Shown in pieces: positions 46,372-54,213 of a DNA stretch of 64,000 bases (positions within the stretch are counted from its first letter, which is position 1; each line of letters opens with the position of its first letter). The stretch is from a virus. Its lineage: Duplodnaviria > Caudoviricetes. Below the pieces are notes generated by a model. It saw only the letters and a program-made list of their open reading frames with translations, searched no databases and was not told the origin of the DNA. The DNA lies in IMG/VR virus record IMGVR_UViG_2974704384_000001, positions 12,316 to 76,315 of that record; one strand, written 5' to 3'. The position numbers and the translations under genes are program-made.

Positions 46372-46477
46372 TGGTCAATTACTTGTCGGGGTTGTTCGTG
46401 GGCGCGGTCGTTGGGGCCGCGCTCACGGTCTACCTGTTCGCCAGCGGGAAGTTCTCAATCACGCCTGAGGGGGACGA

Positions 46478-46717
46478 GTGAGTTACACATTGCTAGCGGG
46501 GTCGTCTAACGGGCTGGCCCTGGTTAGCCATCCGGACGGCGGGGTGTTCCGCTACAACTTCGGGCGTCCGGACGGCATCATCTTCTACCAGAACGCAGAC
46601 CACCTAGAGGCGTTTAACCCTGGTGACAATCTGCTGTGGGACTACTATGGTCGCAAGTTCGACACGCTCGACTCGCTGCGGGTCTGGTGGACCTACAACC
46701 GGACCGGCAGTGGCTAA
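46478..46717 (+). CDS. Hypothetical protein
   Basis: RBS GAGGGGG; 79 aa. Confidence 0.6.
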   Translation: MSYTLLAGSSNGLALVSHPDGGVFRYNFGRPDGIIFYQNADHLEAFNPGDNLLWDYYGRKFDTLDSLRVWWTYNRTGSG

Positions 46718-47048
46718 GTGGCCGTGGCCTGCGGACACTAAGGACGACCGGTACCGCAGGATCATTGACCATTACCGGTCGGCCCTAGCGGAGATTGACC
46801 TAGAGGCGTGCCTAGTGGTCGATAAGAAGATGGCAGAGTACGGGCAGCCTTGGGTGTCCGATAACTCGATTATCGACGTGAACGAAATGCTGAGCGCTAA
46901 GCAACTGTCTGAGCGGTTCGGCATTTCGGAGTGGGACGTGCGCAACTGGGCTAAGCGTCATCCTGACAAGATCAGGCGGCATAAAGCTGCTAACGGTCGG
47001 ACGTTATTCCGCGTCGGGGACGTGCTCACTTATCACGCGACCCGCTAG
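46710..47048 (+). CDS. HTH DNA-binding protein
   Basis: MLSAKQLSERFGISEWDVRNWAKR; GTG start inferred. Confidence 0.75.
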   Translation: MAKWPWPADTKDDRYRRIIDHYRSALAEIDLEACLVVDKKMAEYGQPWVSDNSIIDVNEMLSAKQLSERFGISEWDVRNWAKRHPDKIRRHKAANGRTLFRVGDVLTYHATR

Positions 47049-47095
47049 GGAACTCTTGGTCATGATTTAATTAAAGAGGGGAAAGTTGTACCCAA

Positions 47096-47509
47096 ATGTG
47101 GGCTGATATTCCTATTCCAGAACTTAAGGGGTACCAGGCCAGCGACCAGGGCAAGATTCGCGGTCCTCGCAAGGAACTGTCCGAGTGGGCAGACGAGCGG
47201 GGCTGTATGCGCGTTAAAGCGGCTGGGAGGCCGTGGGCGGTACACATGCTGGTCTTGCTGACGTTCGTCGGCCCTAGGCCATCTGGGGGCGCTCCACGGT
47301 GGCTGAATGGTGATCCCACGGATAACCGGCTGGTGAATCTGAAATGGCACACCGAGGATGAGCCGGAAGTTCTGACGCGGGTCAATCGTTGCCGCAATGG
47401 GCACGTGTACTCACGAGAAAACACAAAGGTATGGGGTTCGGGTCACCGGGTTTGCCTCGATTGCGAGAAGGGCGTCCCTAAGGTGATTCAGCTTCCGGAA
47501 GTGATTTAG
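47096..47509 (+). CDS. NUMOD4/HNH endonuclease
   Basis: W.DIP...GYQASDQGKIR; VHMLVL.TFVG; NGDPTDNRLVNL. Confidence 0.85.
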   Translation: MWADIPIPELKGYQASDQGKIRGPRKELSEWADERGCMRVKAAGRPWAVHMLVLLTFVGPRPSGGAPRWLNGDPTDNRLVNLKWHTEDEPEVLTRVNRCRNGHVYSRENTKVWGSGHRVCLDCEKGVPKVIQLPEVI

Positions 47510-47559
47510 CGCGCCCGGCGGTAGCCACTGGTTACCTAGCCGGTTCTGGCTGCGCTGAG

Positions 47560-47600
47560 GCGGGTGTCCTGGCGAGGGGTCGGGGCACCCGCCTTTCTCT
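47560..47600 (+). terminator. Intrinsic terminator
   Basis: GGCGGGTGTCC...GGGCACCCGCC followed by TTTCTCTT. Confidence 0.75.
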
Positions 47601-47612
47601 TAAGGGGGTGCA

Positions 47613-47873
47613 GTGAAGCCATCTGACTATGCGTGGTTGGCGTTACTTTGCGCGATTGTCGGATATGAGATTGCGGCACCGCCTGGCGAGCTTCTTAGTG
47701 AGGGCTGGGACCGCTACTTGCAGAGGTTTCCGATTGGCGCGCGTGTGCTGCCGCTGGTGGTGACCTTGCATGTGATTAATGCGCTGCCTGAACGCTATGA
47801 CCCGGTTCACCGGTTGTCTGTGCTGTTCGCGGCGCTTGGGGGAAAAATTGACCGATCCAAAGGAAGTGCTTGA
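47613..47873 (+). CDS. Membrane protein
   Basis: Hydrophobic 86 aa; ELLSEG.DRY motif. Confidence 0.65.
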   Translation: MKPSDYAWLALLCAIVGYEIAAPPGELLSEGWDRYLQRFPIGARVLPLVVTLHVINALPERYDPVHRLSVLFAALGGKIDRSKGSA

Positions 47874-48264
47874 GCATCTAGAGGCCGAGAAGGCTGCTAA
47901 GGCCGCTAAGCGTGACGCGATCAACCCAGAGCATTACAAAGATGGCTGGTCGGATGGCGCTGAGCTGATCAGCATTACTGAGAACTTGACCAGTTCGGGT
48001 GGGCAGGCTGTGCAGTACATTGCACGCGCTACGCGACTGGATACCAGTAAGAACAAAGGTAAGAACTCGCTTGAGTGGATTCAAGACCTAGAGAAGGCTA
48101 AATGGTTCCTTGACCGGGAGATTAAGCGTCTCCGTGGTAAGACCTCTATGCCAGTCAAGCCGGTCCTGCTCGGTGAGCAGGCGTACACCATTAACGTCGG
48201 GCCGAACGCAGTCGACTACATGCGCGCTATGGCTGCCACTAAGCACCCTCGGGCGTTCGCATGA
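47848..48264 (+). CDS. DUF3310-like protein
   Basis: DAINPEHY...GQAVQYIARA...DLEKAKWFL; TTG start inferred. Confidence 0.75.
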   Translation: MTDPKEVLEHLEAEKAAKAAKRDAINPEHYKDGWSDGAELISITENLTSSGGQAVQYIARATRLDTSKNKGKNSLEWIQDLEKAKWFLDREIKRLRGKTSMPVKPVLLGEQAYTINVGPNAVDYMRAMAATKHPRAFA

Positions 48265-49043
48265 GCGCCCGCGTCCTGATCCTGGACATTGAGACGCAGC
48301 GGGCCATCGTTGAGACGTTTGGCTTGTTTAAGCAGTTCGTCGGCATTGACCAGGTGCAGGTGCCTACACGCGTTCTGTGCTGGGCTGCTAAGTGGCGCGG
48401 CGAGGATCGCGTCATGTTTAAGGCCGCTTGGGACGATCACGACGAGGCCGCTTATCGCTCCATGATGCAAGTCATGTGGGATGCGATGGATAGCGCCGAT
48501 ATCGTCGTGACGTGGAACGGTGACCGTTTCGACCTGCAATGGCTTGAGGCTGAGTTCCTGCGCCTAGGCATGGGCCGTCCGACGCCGTATAAGTCGGTTG
48601 ACTTGATTAAGTCGGTGCGCCGCTGGTTTAAGGGCGGGCTGATGAGCATGAAGCTCGATTGGTCGTCCCGAATCATCCTTAAGGACCGCAAGGTTCATCA
48701 CGGAGGGAGTGACCTCTGGTGGGATATTAGGCACGGCACTAAGGCTGAGAAGCGCGCCGCGCAGAAGATTATGCGCGAGTACAACGAGCATGACGTTCGT
48801 TTGACTGGGCGGCTGTTTGAGCATCACTTGCCGTATTTGAACCTGAACCTCGCTTTGTATGAGGAGACGGTGGACGACGGTGTTGAGCGTTGCGTTAAGT
48901 GCAATAGCGAGAACTTGAAGAAAGACGGCGTGAAGGCTTACGTCACTACAGCGGGTGTTTATCAGATGCTCCGCTGTAAGGACTGTGGTGGCACGTCGCG
49001 TGGTAAGCGGATTCGTGGGACGACAGAATTGAGGCCGGTTTAA
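48261..49043 (+). CDS. DnaQ/RNase H-like 3'-5' exonuclease
   Basis: LDIET, TWNGDRFD, YNEHDV motifs; C-terminal Zn ribbon. Confidence 0.85.
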   Translation: MSARVLILDIETQRAIVETFGLFKQFVGIDQVQVPTRVLCWAAKWRGEDRVMFKAAWDDHDEAAYRSMMQVMWDAMDSADIVVTWNGDRFDLQWLEAEFLRLGMGRPTPYKSVDLIKSVRRWFKGGLMSMKLDWSSRIILKDRKVHHGGSDLWWDIRHGTKAEKRAAQKIMREYNEHDVRLTGRLFEHHLPYLNLNLALYEETVDDGVERCVKCNSENLKKDGVKAYVTTAGVYQMLRCKDCGGTSRGKRIRGTTELRPV

Positions 49044-49226
49044 ATGAAGCCAGTTCAGCAGCCTAATAAGCTGCACCAGATGATCGTGAGTGCGCTGCTT
49101 GATAACAAGCAGGTGTATGTGCCTGCGCCTAAGGGTGTGGACGGTCCTGGTCATTGGCGGGGCACGTTGGCGAATAACGTGTCGGACCTGAATATTGATC
49201 GCGCGGCTAAGCGGTGGCTTAAGTGA
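49044..49226 (+). CDS. Hypothetical protein
   Basis: Abuts previous stop. Confidence 0.55.
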   Translation: MKPVQQPNKLHQMIVSALLDNKQVYVPAPKGVDGPGHWRGTLANNVSDLNIDRAAKRWLK

Positions 49227-49393
49227 GTAGGGACGCTGCGGTTCGTCGGCAGGAGTTGCGCCGGTCGAACGCGGCGGTCCCACACCGGAATCGTTACCGC
49301 GAGCACAAGTCTGGAAAGGGCAAACATGGGGAGGCCATAGCCGAGGGGGTAGCGGATGCCGGGGAATTTGAGGAAGAAGGGTGGGACTGGTAA
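49223..49393 (+). CDS. Small basic protein (56 aa)
   Basis: RRQELRRSNAA.PH motif; read manually. Confidence 0.5.
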   Translation: MSRDAAVRRQELRRSNAAVPHRNRYREHKSGKGKHGEAIAEGVADAGEFEEEGWDW

Positions 49394-49778
49394 GACTGAG
49401 CGCGATTACCTTAGGGCGCGTAAGCGTGTACTGAGGCAGTCTCAGATTTGCGCACTCCCAACCTGCCGAAAGGCAATTGACCTTAACCTCAAGTCGGTCT
49501 GCCAGTTCGTGGATACGAGCAAGTACACGGCAGAGACCGCGCATTTGATTCCTTTGGACTGCGGCCCTGATTGTCGGAAGCTTAAGCACTATCGCAAGAG
49601 TAATCCGTGGGGTCCGTCCGCTAACCATAAAATCTCGGTGGCTTCGTTGCCGCCGGATTCACCACTGTTGGCGTCCGTCAAGAATCTTGAGCCTATGCAC
49701 TTGAAGTGCAACCAGGAACTTGGCGACAGTAAAAACGCTAAGCCTCGAAATAAGACTTCGAGAGATTGGTTCGCATAG
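49356..49778 (+). CDS. HNH endonuclease-like protein
   Basis: C..P.C..IDL; SANH; NLEPMHLKCNQ. Confidence 0.75.
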   Translation: MPGNLRKKGGTGKTERDYLRARKRVLRQSQICALPTCRKAIDLNLKSVCQFVDTSKYTAETAHLIPLDCGPDCRKLKHYRKSNPWGPSANHKISVASLPPDSPLLASVKNLEPMHLKCNQELGDSKNAKPRNKTSRDWFA

Positions 49779-49996
49779 TGTCGGATAATTCTTCGCCCGA
49801 CGACCAGGGCAACATCATGGTCGCGGAGCTGCGCATCGTTCAGTACATCGACGGTGACGGCACCCTTAATACCGTGGATTTGTCTCAGGGGCCGGGTGGC
49901 GCTGAGCTTGAGGATGAGGCGTATTCGCAGTTGCTCGATTGGGCGCGTGCGTTCACGTTGGCTCCTAAGGTTGCGGCGATTCTCGCTAATGAGTGA
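49778..49996 (+). CDS. Hypothetical protein
   Basis: GTG overlapping previous stop. Confidence 0.55.
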   Translation: MSDNSSPDDQGNIMVAELRIVQYIDGDGTLNTVDLSQGPGGAELEDEAYSQLLDWARAFTLAPKVAAILANE

Positions 49997-50108
49997 GGTT
50001 TACACGTCGGAGGTTTTCGCGCGTTGTGTTGCGTGTGATGATTCGATCCGGCTGGGCGATGAAGTTACGGAGTTCGCGGGGGAACTGTTTCATGCCGAGT
50101 GCGTCTAA
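49989..50108 (+). CDS. Small Zn-binding protein
   Basis: CVAC...HAEC. Confidence 0.45.
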   Translation: MSEVYTSEVFARCVACDDSIRLGDEVTEFAGELFHAECV

Positions 50109-50250
50109 GGTCAAGCGGCCTTGTGTGGCGTGCGGCAAGCCAGTTCCTACCGAGCGTTTCCATAAGATTTACGGGCGCGGTTGGGGGAAGCTATTTCATG
50201 TGGAATGCGCCCCAGATCAAATAGAGGTTCCGGATGGAGTTCAAAGCTAA
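50092..50250 (+). CDS. Small Zn-binding protein
   Basis: CVAC...HVEC; resembles the preceding ORF. Confidence 0.45.
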   Translation: MPSASKVKRPCVACGKPVPTERFHKIYGRGWGKLFHVECAPDQIEVPDGVQS

Positions 50251-50464
50251 GTGTTGCGCGCCGGGACATGACTTGTGTGATCCGTGCTGCGTGTGCGGGG
50301 AGCCGGAGGGCATTAACGAGCGGCCTGATCTTGCGCCGCCGTCGAATCCGGTTCCGTCGCGTGTTAAGCGGAAGATCAATAATCCTTGGCCGCAGGAGAA
50401 GCGAGGTTAGGTGATTGTTCGTATGTGTCGGGATCTTCTCAAAGTCGCTTAACGCGGCTCAATT

Positions 50465-50535
50465 GCTGGATTAGCTTAGTGGTCAAGCGCTGCCTTCGTA
50501 ACGCAGATTCACCGGTTCGATTCCGGTATCCAGCT
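50465..50535 (+). tRNA. tRNA-Thr(CGT)
   Basis: GCTGGAT/ATCCAGC acceptor; anticodon loop TTCGTAA; GGTTCGATTCC. Confidence 0.9.
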
Positions 50536-50567
50536 CGTAGGAAATACAACTGAATAGGGAGATTGAT

Positions 50568-50708
50568 ATGGCTGAAATTGAGAAAGACCCGATCAAGGTT
50601 GCTAAAGACAAGCTTGACGTTGTGCAGGAGCTTCGGGATCGCAAGGCATGGCCTAAAGAGGAAGTGCCGGAGCAGGCTAAGAAGCCCGCTAAGGTCGGTA
50701 ACGCGTAA
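50568..50708 (+). CDS. Small hypothetical protein (46 aa)
   Basis: RBS GGGAG; read manually. Confidence 0.5.
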   Translation: MAEIEKDPIKVAKDKLDVVQELRDRKAWPKEEVPEQAKKPAKVGNA

Positions 50709-50764
50709 GTTTCAACAGTCATTGCCAAGGCTATGCGTGAGTATCCTCAAACCGGCAATGCAAT

Positions 50765-50838
50765 CTGGCTGTAGCTCAATTTGGTAGAGCGCTGGCTTTG
50801 GGTGCCAGGGGTTGCAGGTTCAAATCCTGCTAGCCAGA
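50765..50838 (+). tRNA. tRNA-Pro(TGG)
   Basis: Cloverleaf; CTGGC-TTTGGGT-GCCAG. Confidence 0.95.
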
Positions 50839-50959
50839 CGATAGGGATTACCCCGCCTCACGGCGTGCGGCCCCTCGGTTAGTCCACCGACTGAACGGCA
50901 GGAGACAATGTGGAAACGTAGTTAGCAGGTTGGGCGCTGTTTCTCCGTATAGCCCGCAT

Positions 50960-51035
50960 AGCTCGGTAGCTCAATTGGTAGAGCAGCGGTCTCCAAAGCC
51001 GCCGGTTCCCCGTTCGAGTCGGGGCCGGGTTGCCA
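50960..51035 (+). tRNA. tRNA-Trp(CCA)
   Basis: GCGGT-CTCCAAA-GCCGC; encoded CCA end. Confidence 0.95.
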
Positions 51036-51049
51036 ATGTATTATGAGCC

Positions 51050-51319
51050 GTGTACGGTGATGTTGTGACCACGTTTGCGAAGATTATGGATGCACTGCAT
51101 GAGGCGGAAATGGGGGCGCGCCTGTTCGACGGCGAACGATTGCGGCGGGCGGCAGCCACGCTAAGTGGCTTAGCGTCGAGTTACCCGCCCGACCAGTGCC
51201 AGTCATGCGGCGAGGATGCCTACTTTCATGATGATGTTGGCGAATACTTCCACCGTGAAGATGCCGACAAGCGCTCCCCTTGTCGATACGGCGATGGTCC
51301 TGTGGCCAAGTTGACGTAG
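51050..51319 (+). CDS. Hypothetical protein
   Basis: 89 aa ORF with CxxC between tRNAs. Confidence 0.5.
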   Translation: MYGDVVTTFAKIMDALHEAEMGARLFDGERLRRAAATLSGLASSYPPDQCQSCGEDAYFHDDVGEYFHREDADKRSPCRYGDGPVAKLT

Positions 51320-51349
51320 CGCACAATTATCGGCGAACAGGGAGAAGTG

Positions 51350-51499
51350 ATGCAGACAGTGAATTGCCGGGACTGCCACCGGCCAATCGTTGTGAAATAC
51401 CCCGATGCACCTGAGCATTTGAAGTGGGGTCACGTCACCCGCGAGGACGCGCAAGCCTGCACGGTTCAGGGTTGGCCGATGCCCGACGACCCGACATAA
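51350..51499 (+). CDS. Small hypothetical protein (49 aa)
   Basis: RBS GGGAG; CxxC; read manually. Confidence 0.45.
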   Translation: MQTVNCRDCHRPIVVKYPDAPEHLKWGHVTREDAQACTVQGWPMPDDPT

Positions 51500-51504
51500 G
51501 GGAG

Positions 51505-51702
51505 ATGATCGGGCGCATGAGCGATCAAACCTGCTCGCGGTGTGGATATGAGAGATATGCGCACTCCCCGTTCCACGACGGGCATTGCATCGCCGACGAG
51601 CCATTCGACGGCGACTACGCGTGCGAATGCACGGAGTTCGTGAGCGGCTGGACCCGGCTGATCGAGTCAGGCCAAGGTCCAGACGGCCAACTGATCGACT
51701 GA
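51505..51702 (+). CDS. Small Cys/His-rich protein
   Basis: RBS AAGGGAG; CSRC...H...C..C.C. Confidence 0.5.
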   Translation: MIGRMSDQTCSRCGYERYAHSPFHDGHCIADEPFDGDYACECTEFVSGWTRLIESGQGPDGQLID

Positions 51703-51719
51703 CGTAAGGCAGATTTACC

Positions 51720-51793
51720 GGCCCTCTAGCCCAATTGGCAGAGGCACAGGTTTTAGGTACCTGTCAGTGCGAGTTCGAGTCTCGCGGGGGCCA
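51720..51793 (+). tRNA. tRNA-Leu(TAG), short variable loop
   Basis: GGCCCTC/GGGGGCC acceptor; CAGGT-TTTAGGT-ACCTG. Confidence 0.85.
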
Positions 51794-51868
51794 CGCTTAG
51801 TAGCCTAGTGGTAAGGCAGCCGGTTGTGATCCGGTGAACCTGAGTTCGATTCTCAGCTAAAGCCACCA
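51794..51868 (+). tRNA. tRNA-His(GTG), imperfect acceptor stem
   Basis: CCGG-TTGTGAT-CCGG; CTGAG-TTCGATT-CTCAG; CCA end. Confidence 0.85.
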
Positions 51869-51942
51869 TGACCGGTAGCACAACTGGTAGTTGCGCCGCG
51901 CTCTGGACGCGGAGGTTGTTGGTTCGATCCCAGCTCGGTCAG
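51869..51942 (+). tRNA. tRNA-Gln(CTG)
   Basis: CCGCG-CTCTGGA-CGCGG; TGACCGG/TCGGTCA. Confidence 0.92.
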
Positions 51943-51991
51943 CGTTGCGGGTGGTGGGTAACCCGGTCTTAAACAAAACAGCCCACACTTA

Positions 51992-52065
51992 GTGCTAGTA
52001 ACCCATGTTGGCTGGGTACCTGACTTCCACTCAGGATTTCGCGGGTTCGATTCCTGTCTAGCACA
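51992..52065 (+). tRNA. tRNA-Gly(TCC)
   Basis: GTGCTAG/CTAGCAC; CCTGA-CTTCCAC-TCAGG. Confidence 0.9.
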
Positions 52066-52109
52066 CACTGTTCAGCCTGCACCGCACTGCGGGAGCGGGC
52101 TGGATTTCT

Positions 52110-52182
52110 GCCTCGTTAGCTCAGTTGGTAGAGCTGCCGACTCTTAATCGGTAGGTCACAGGTTCAAGTCCTGTACGGGGTA
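52110..52182 (+). tRNA. tRNA-Lys(CTT)
   Basis: Canonical D and T arms; CCGA-CTCTTAA-TCGG. Confidence 0.95.
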
Positions 52183-52187
52183 CCCAC

Positions 52188-52275
52188 GGAGAGTAAAGCA
52201 GCGGGGAGTCCCGCGACCGGCCTTGAAAGCCGGGTAGCCGTAATGGAGCTTGGGGATCAAGACCTCTGCTCTCCA
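52188..52275 (+). tRNA. tRNA-Ser(TGA), atypical D-arm and T-loop
   Basis: GGAGAGT/GCTCTCC; CCGGC-CTTGAAA-GCCGG; long variable arm. Confidence 0.75.
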
Positions 52276-52317
52276 CTTTGAGAAACGTACTCATGCTGAC
52301 TTACTTGGGGGTGGTCC

Positions 52318-53007
52318 GTGTCTAAGGTGCTTAGCCTTTACGGCACGCGGTCATCTAAGTATTGGTCGGAGGCTCCGGCGAAGATGGACGCGCTGAATCT
52401 GCGTGCGATCTTCCCGTCGAGCAACCAGTTCGGTTTCCCTGATCTTGAGCGGTGCGATTGGGTGCCTGATTACCTGGGGGCGTGGCATCTGCCGCGTCAG
52501 CGGGAGCGTGCAGCTCGGGAGAACGGCGCGATTCATTTCTTTTTGGACGACTACCGTTTTGAGACGGCGTTTACAAGCCCTGAGAGGACGCTGGGGCGAG
52601 TTACAGCGGTCGGCGGTGCCCTGACACCGGATTTCAGTTTGTGGCGCGATATGCCGCGTGCAGCGCAGCTTTGGAACGTGTACCGGTCCCGGTGGTGTGG
52701 CGCGTACTGGCAGAGCCAGGGCGTGAAGGTCATTCCTACGGCCTGCTGGGCACGCTCAGACACGTTCGACTTCTGCTTTGAGGGTCTGCCTCGGGGTGGG
52801 CCTGTGGCTGTGTCAGCGGTCGGTGTGCGGGCGAAGCCTGAGGATCAAGCGTTGTTCCGTGAGGGCCTGGCCGCGATGGTGGAGCGCCTTGAGCCGAGCG
52901 TCTTGCTTAGTTACGGGCGGCTTGTGCATGTGGAGGGCTTAGACCTGCCACCTGTGCGGGAGTTTCCGACGTTCTGGGATGAACGCCGTAAGGCGGTTAA
53001 CGCTTAG
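52318..53007 (+). CDS. DUF4417-like protein
   Basis: IHFFLDDYRFE, TPDFSLW.DMP, WNVYRSRW.GAYWQ..G.KVIPT, F.FEGLP. Confidence 0.8.
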   Translation: MSKVLSLYGTRSSKYWSEAPAKMDALNLRAIFPSSNQFGFPDLERCDWVPDYLGAWHLPRQRERAARENGAIHFFLDDYRFETAFTSPERTLGRVTAVGGALTPDFSLWRDMPRAAQLWNVYRSRWCGAYWQSQGVKVIPTACWARSDTFDFCFEGLPRGGPVAVSAVGVRAKPEDQALFREGLAAMVERLEPSVLLSYGRLVHVEGLDLPPVREFPTFWDERRKAVNA

Positions 53008-53015
53008 GGGGTGTG

Positions 53016-53366
53016 ATGGGCGGTCGCGGTGGTGGTGGCGGTGGCCCGGTTAGCTCCCGGTCGTCCACGGTGACGCTGTATCACAGGACTTCTGCGAGTG
53101 CGGCGCGTGACATTGTTGATCGTGGGTTTCAGCCGCAGTATCGGCCTGGCATGGATAAGTCTTATCGGGATGAGAACTCGCAATATGGGTTCTTTACTAA
53201 GACGGTTAAGGGCCAGGAGGGTTACGGCCAGAGTGTTGTGGCTGTGGAGGTTCCGAAGTCTGCTGTTGAGCGTGATCCGTGGTCGGGTCACGTTCGGGTG
53301 AAGGTGGAGGAGCTTAGAAACGCAAACTTCCGGCACTATGAGGGTAAGCGCCGGAAGAAGCGGTAA
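53016..53366 (+). CDS. MGGRG-leader protein with ADP-ribosyltransferase-like core
   Basis: Starts MGGRGGGGGG; TLYHRT...IVDRGF...GFFT...GYG..VVAVEVP resembles the H-Y-type ART fold pattern. Confidence 0.6.
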   Translation: MGGRGGGGGGPVSSRSSTVTLYHRTSASAARDIVDRGFQPQYRPGMDKSYRDENSQYGFFTKTVKGQEGYGQSVVAVEVPKSAVERDPWSGHVRVKVEELRNANFRHYEGKRRKKR

Positions 53367-53367
53367 T

Positions 53368-53438
53368 GCCGTTGTGTCCGAGTGGTTAGGTGCCAGGCTG
53401 CAAACTTGGTTAGTCGCGTTCGATTCGCGGGGACGGCT
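53368..53438 (+). tRNA. tRNA-Cys(GCA)
   Basis: CCAGG-CTGCAAA-CTTGG; TCGCG-TTCGATT-CGCGG. Confidence 0.88.
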
Positions 53439-53561
53439 CTTTGCGGCGCTCTGCCGCGTCTAGCAGCGCGTCAATGCGTGCCATACGGTCGCGCTGGTGG
53501 GGCTTGGGGATCAGGATGGCGGCGACGATCAGGACAACGCTGATCAGAAGGGCTGTGGTCA

Positions 53562-53705
53562 CTAGCGGCCATCGTCCCAGTTGTTGGGCTTGATGACGCC
53601 TTTACGCATGAGCCAGCCTTTGATCTTGGCGTAGACAGCTACGGGCCACAGGAACCGGCCTAGACCGGCCCAGCCGGGTTCGAGGTCGTCGTGGTTGCTG
53701 CTCAT
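53562..53705 (-). CDS. Small hypothetical protein (47 aa)
   Basis: RBS GGAGG on minus strand; read manually. Confidence 0.5.
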   Translation of the reverse strand: MSSNHDDLEPGWAGLGRFLWPVAVYAKIKGWLMRKGVIKPNNWDDGR

Positions 53706-53842
53706 TCTTCCTCCATCCATACAACTGAATCGGGCAGGATGCCCTGTAGGTTTTTGATGAGACTGCTCGCCTTAGCGTGGTTGAGGTCGCTTAGCACGAT
53801 GCGGTCGTTGTCTATGGCGTCTTTCATCCAGACGGTCCACAT
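53702..53842 (-). CDS. Small hypothetical protein (46 aa)
   Basis: RBS GGAGG; ATGA overlap with next gene; read manually. Confidence 0.45.
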   Translation of the reverse strand: MWTVWMKDAIDNDRIVLSDLNHAKASSLIKNLQGILPDSVVWMEEE

Positions 53843-53846
53843 ACAT

Positions 53847-53919
53847 TCCTCCGTAGCTCAATTGGCAGAGCGCGCGACTGTTAATCGCGTGGTTGGTGGT
53901 TCGAGTCCACCCGTTGGAG
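53847..53919 (+). tRNA. tRNA-Asn(GTT), two acceptor-stem mismatches
   Basis: CGCGA-CTGTTAA-TCGCG; acceptor TCCTCCG/CGTTGGA. Confidence 0.8.
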
Positions 53920-53920
53920 C

Positions 53921-54112
53921 TTATGGTCGCTTAAGCGACACTATGGCCTTATGGCCGTGTTTCTCGATTTCGTGCTGTACCGCCTCGGCAGCGAGTTCAC
54001 GTATGAACGTCTTAGCGCTGAGCGGTCCTGCTAGCTTAAAGTCCTCTATCCACTTGTCTAGGTCCATTGTGCAGACGAGCGTGATGAGGAATTGTCCGTT
54101 AGGGCGTTGCAT
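53921..54112 (-). CDS. Small hypothetical protein
   Basis: MQRPNGQFLI... ORF downstream of tRNA-Lys(TTT). Confidence 0.5.
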   Translation of the reverse strand: MQRPNGQFLITLVCTMDLDKWIEDFKLAGPLSAKTFIRELAAEAVQHEIEKHGHKAIVSLKRP

Positions 54113-54115
54113 GGG

Positions 54116-54188
54116 TGCCCCCACTAGGGATCGAACCTAGGACCCGAAGATTAAAAGTCTCCTGCTCTACCAACTGAGCTATAGGGGC
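54116..54188 (-). tRNA. tRNA-Lys(TTT)
   Basis: Canonical cloverleaf on the minus strand; GAGA-CTTTTAA-TCTT. Confidence 0.95.
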
Positions 54189-54197
54189 GCGGGCGAC

Positions 54198-54206
54198 AGT
54201 GTAGCA
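54198..54206 (-). promoter_or_regulatory. Extended -10 (TGCTACACT) for tRNA-Lys(TTT)
   Basis: TGn-TANNNT 9 nt upstream of the tRNA 5' end. Confidence 0.5.
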
Positions 54207-54213
54207 GCCCACC

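Noticed and set aside
48564-49628. 354-aa minus-strand ORF
   Set aside because: Shadow ORF over the DnaQ-like and HNH genes.
50839-50959. Possible additional tRNA between tRNA-Pro and tRNA-Trp
   Set aside because: Only short hairpins; no T-loop consensus or cloverleaf.
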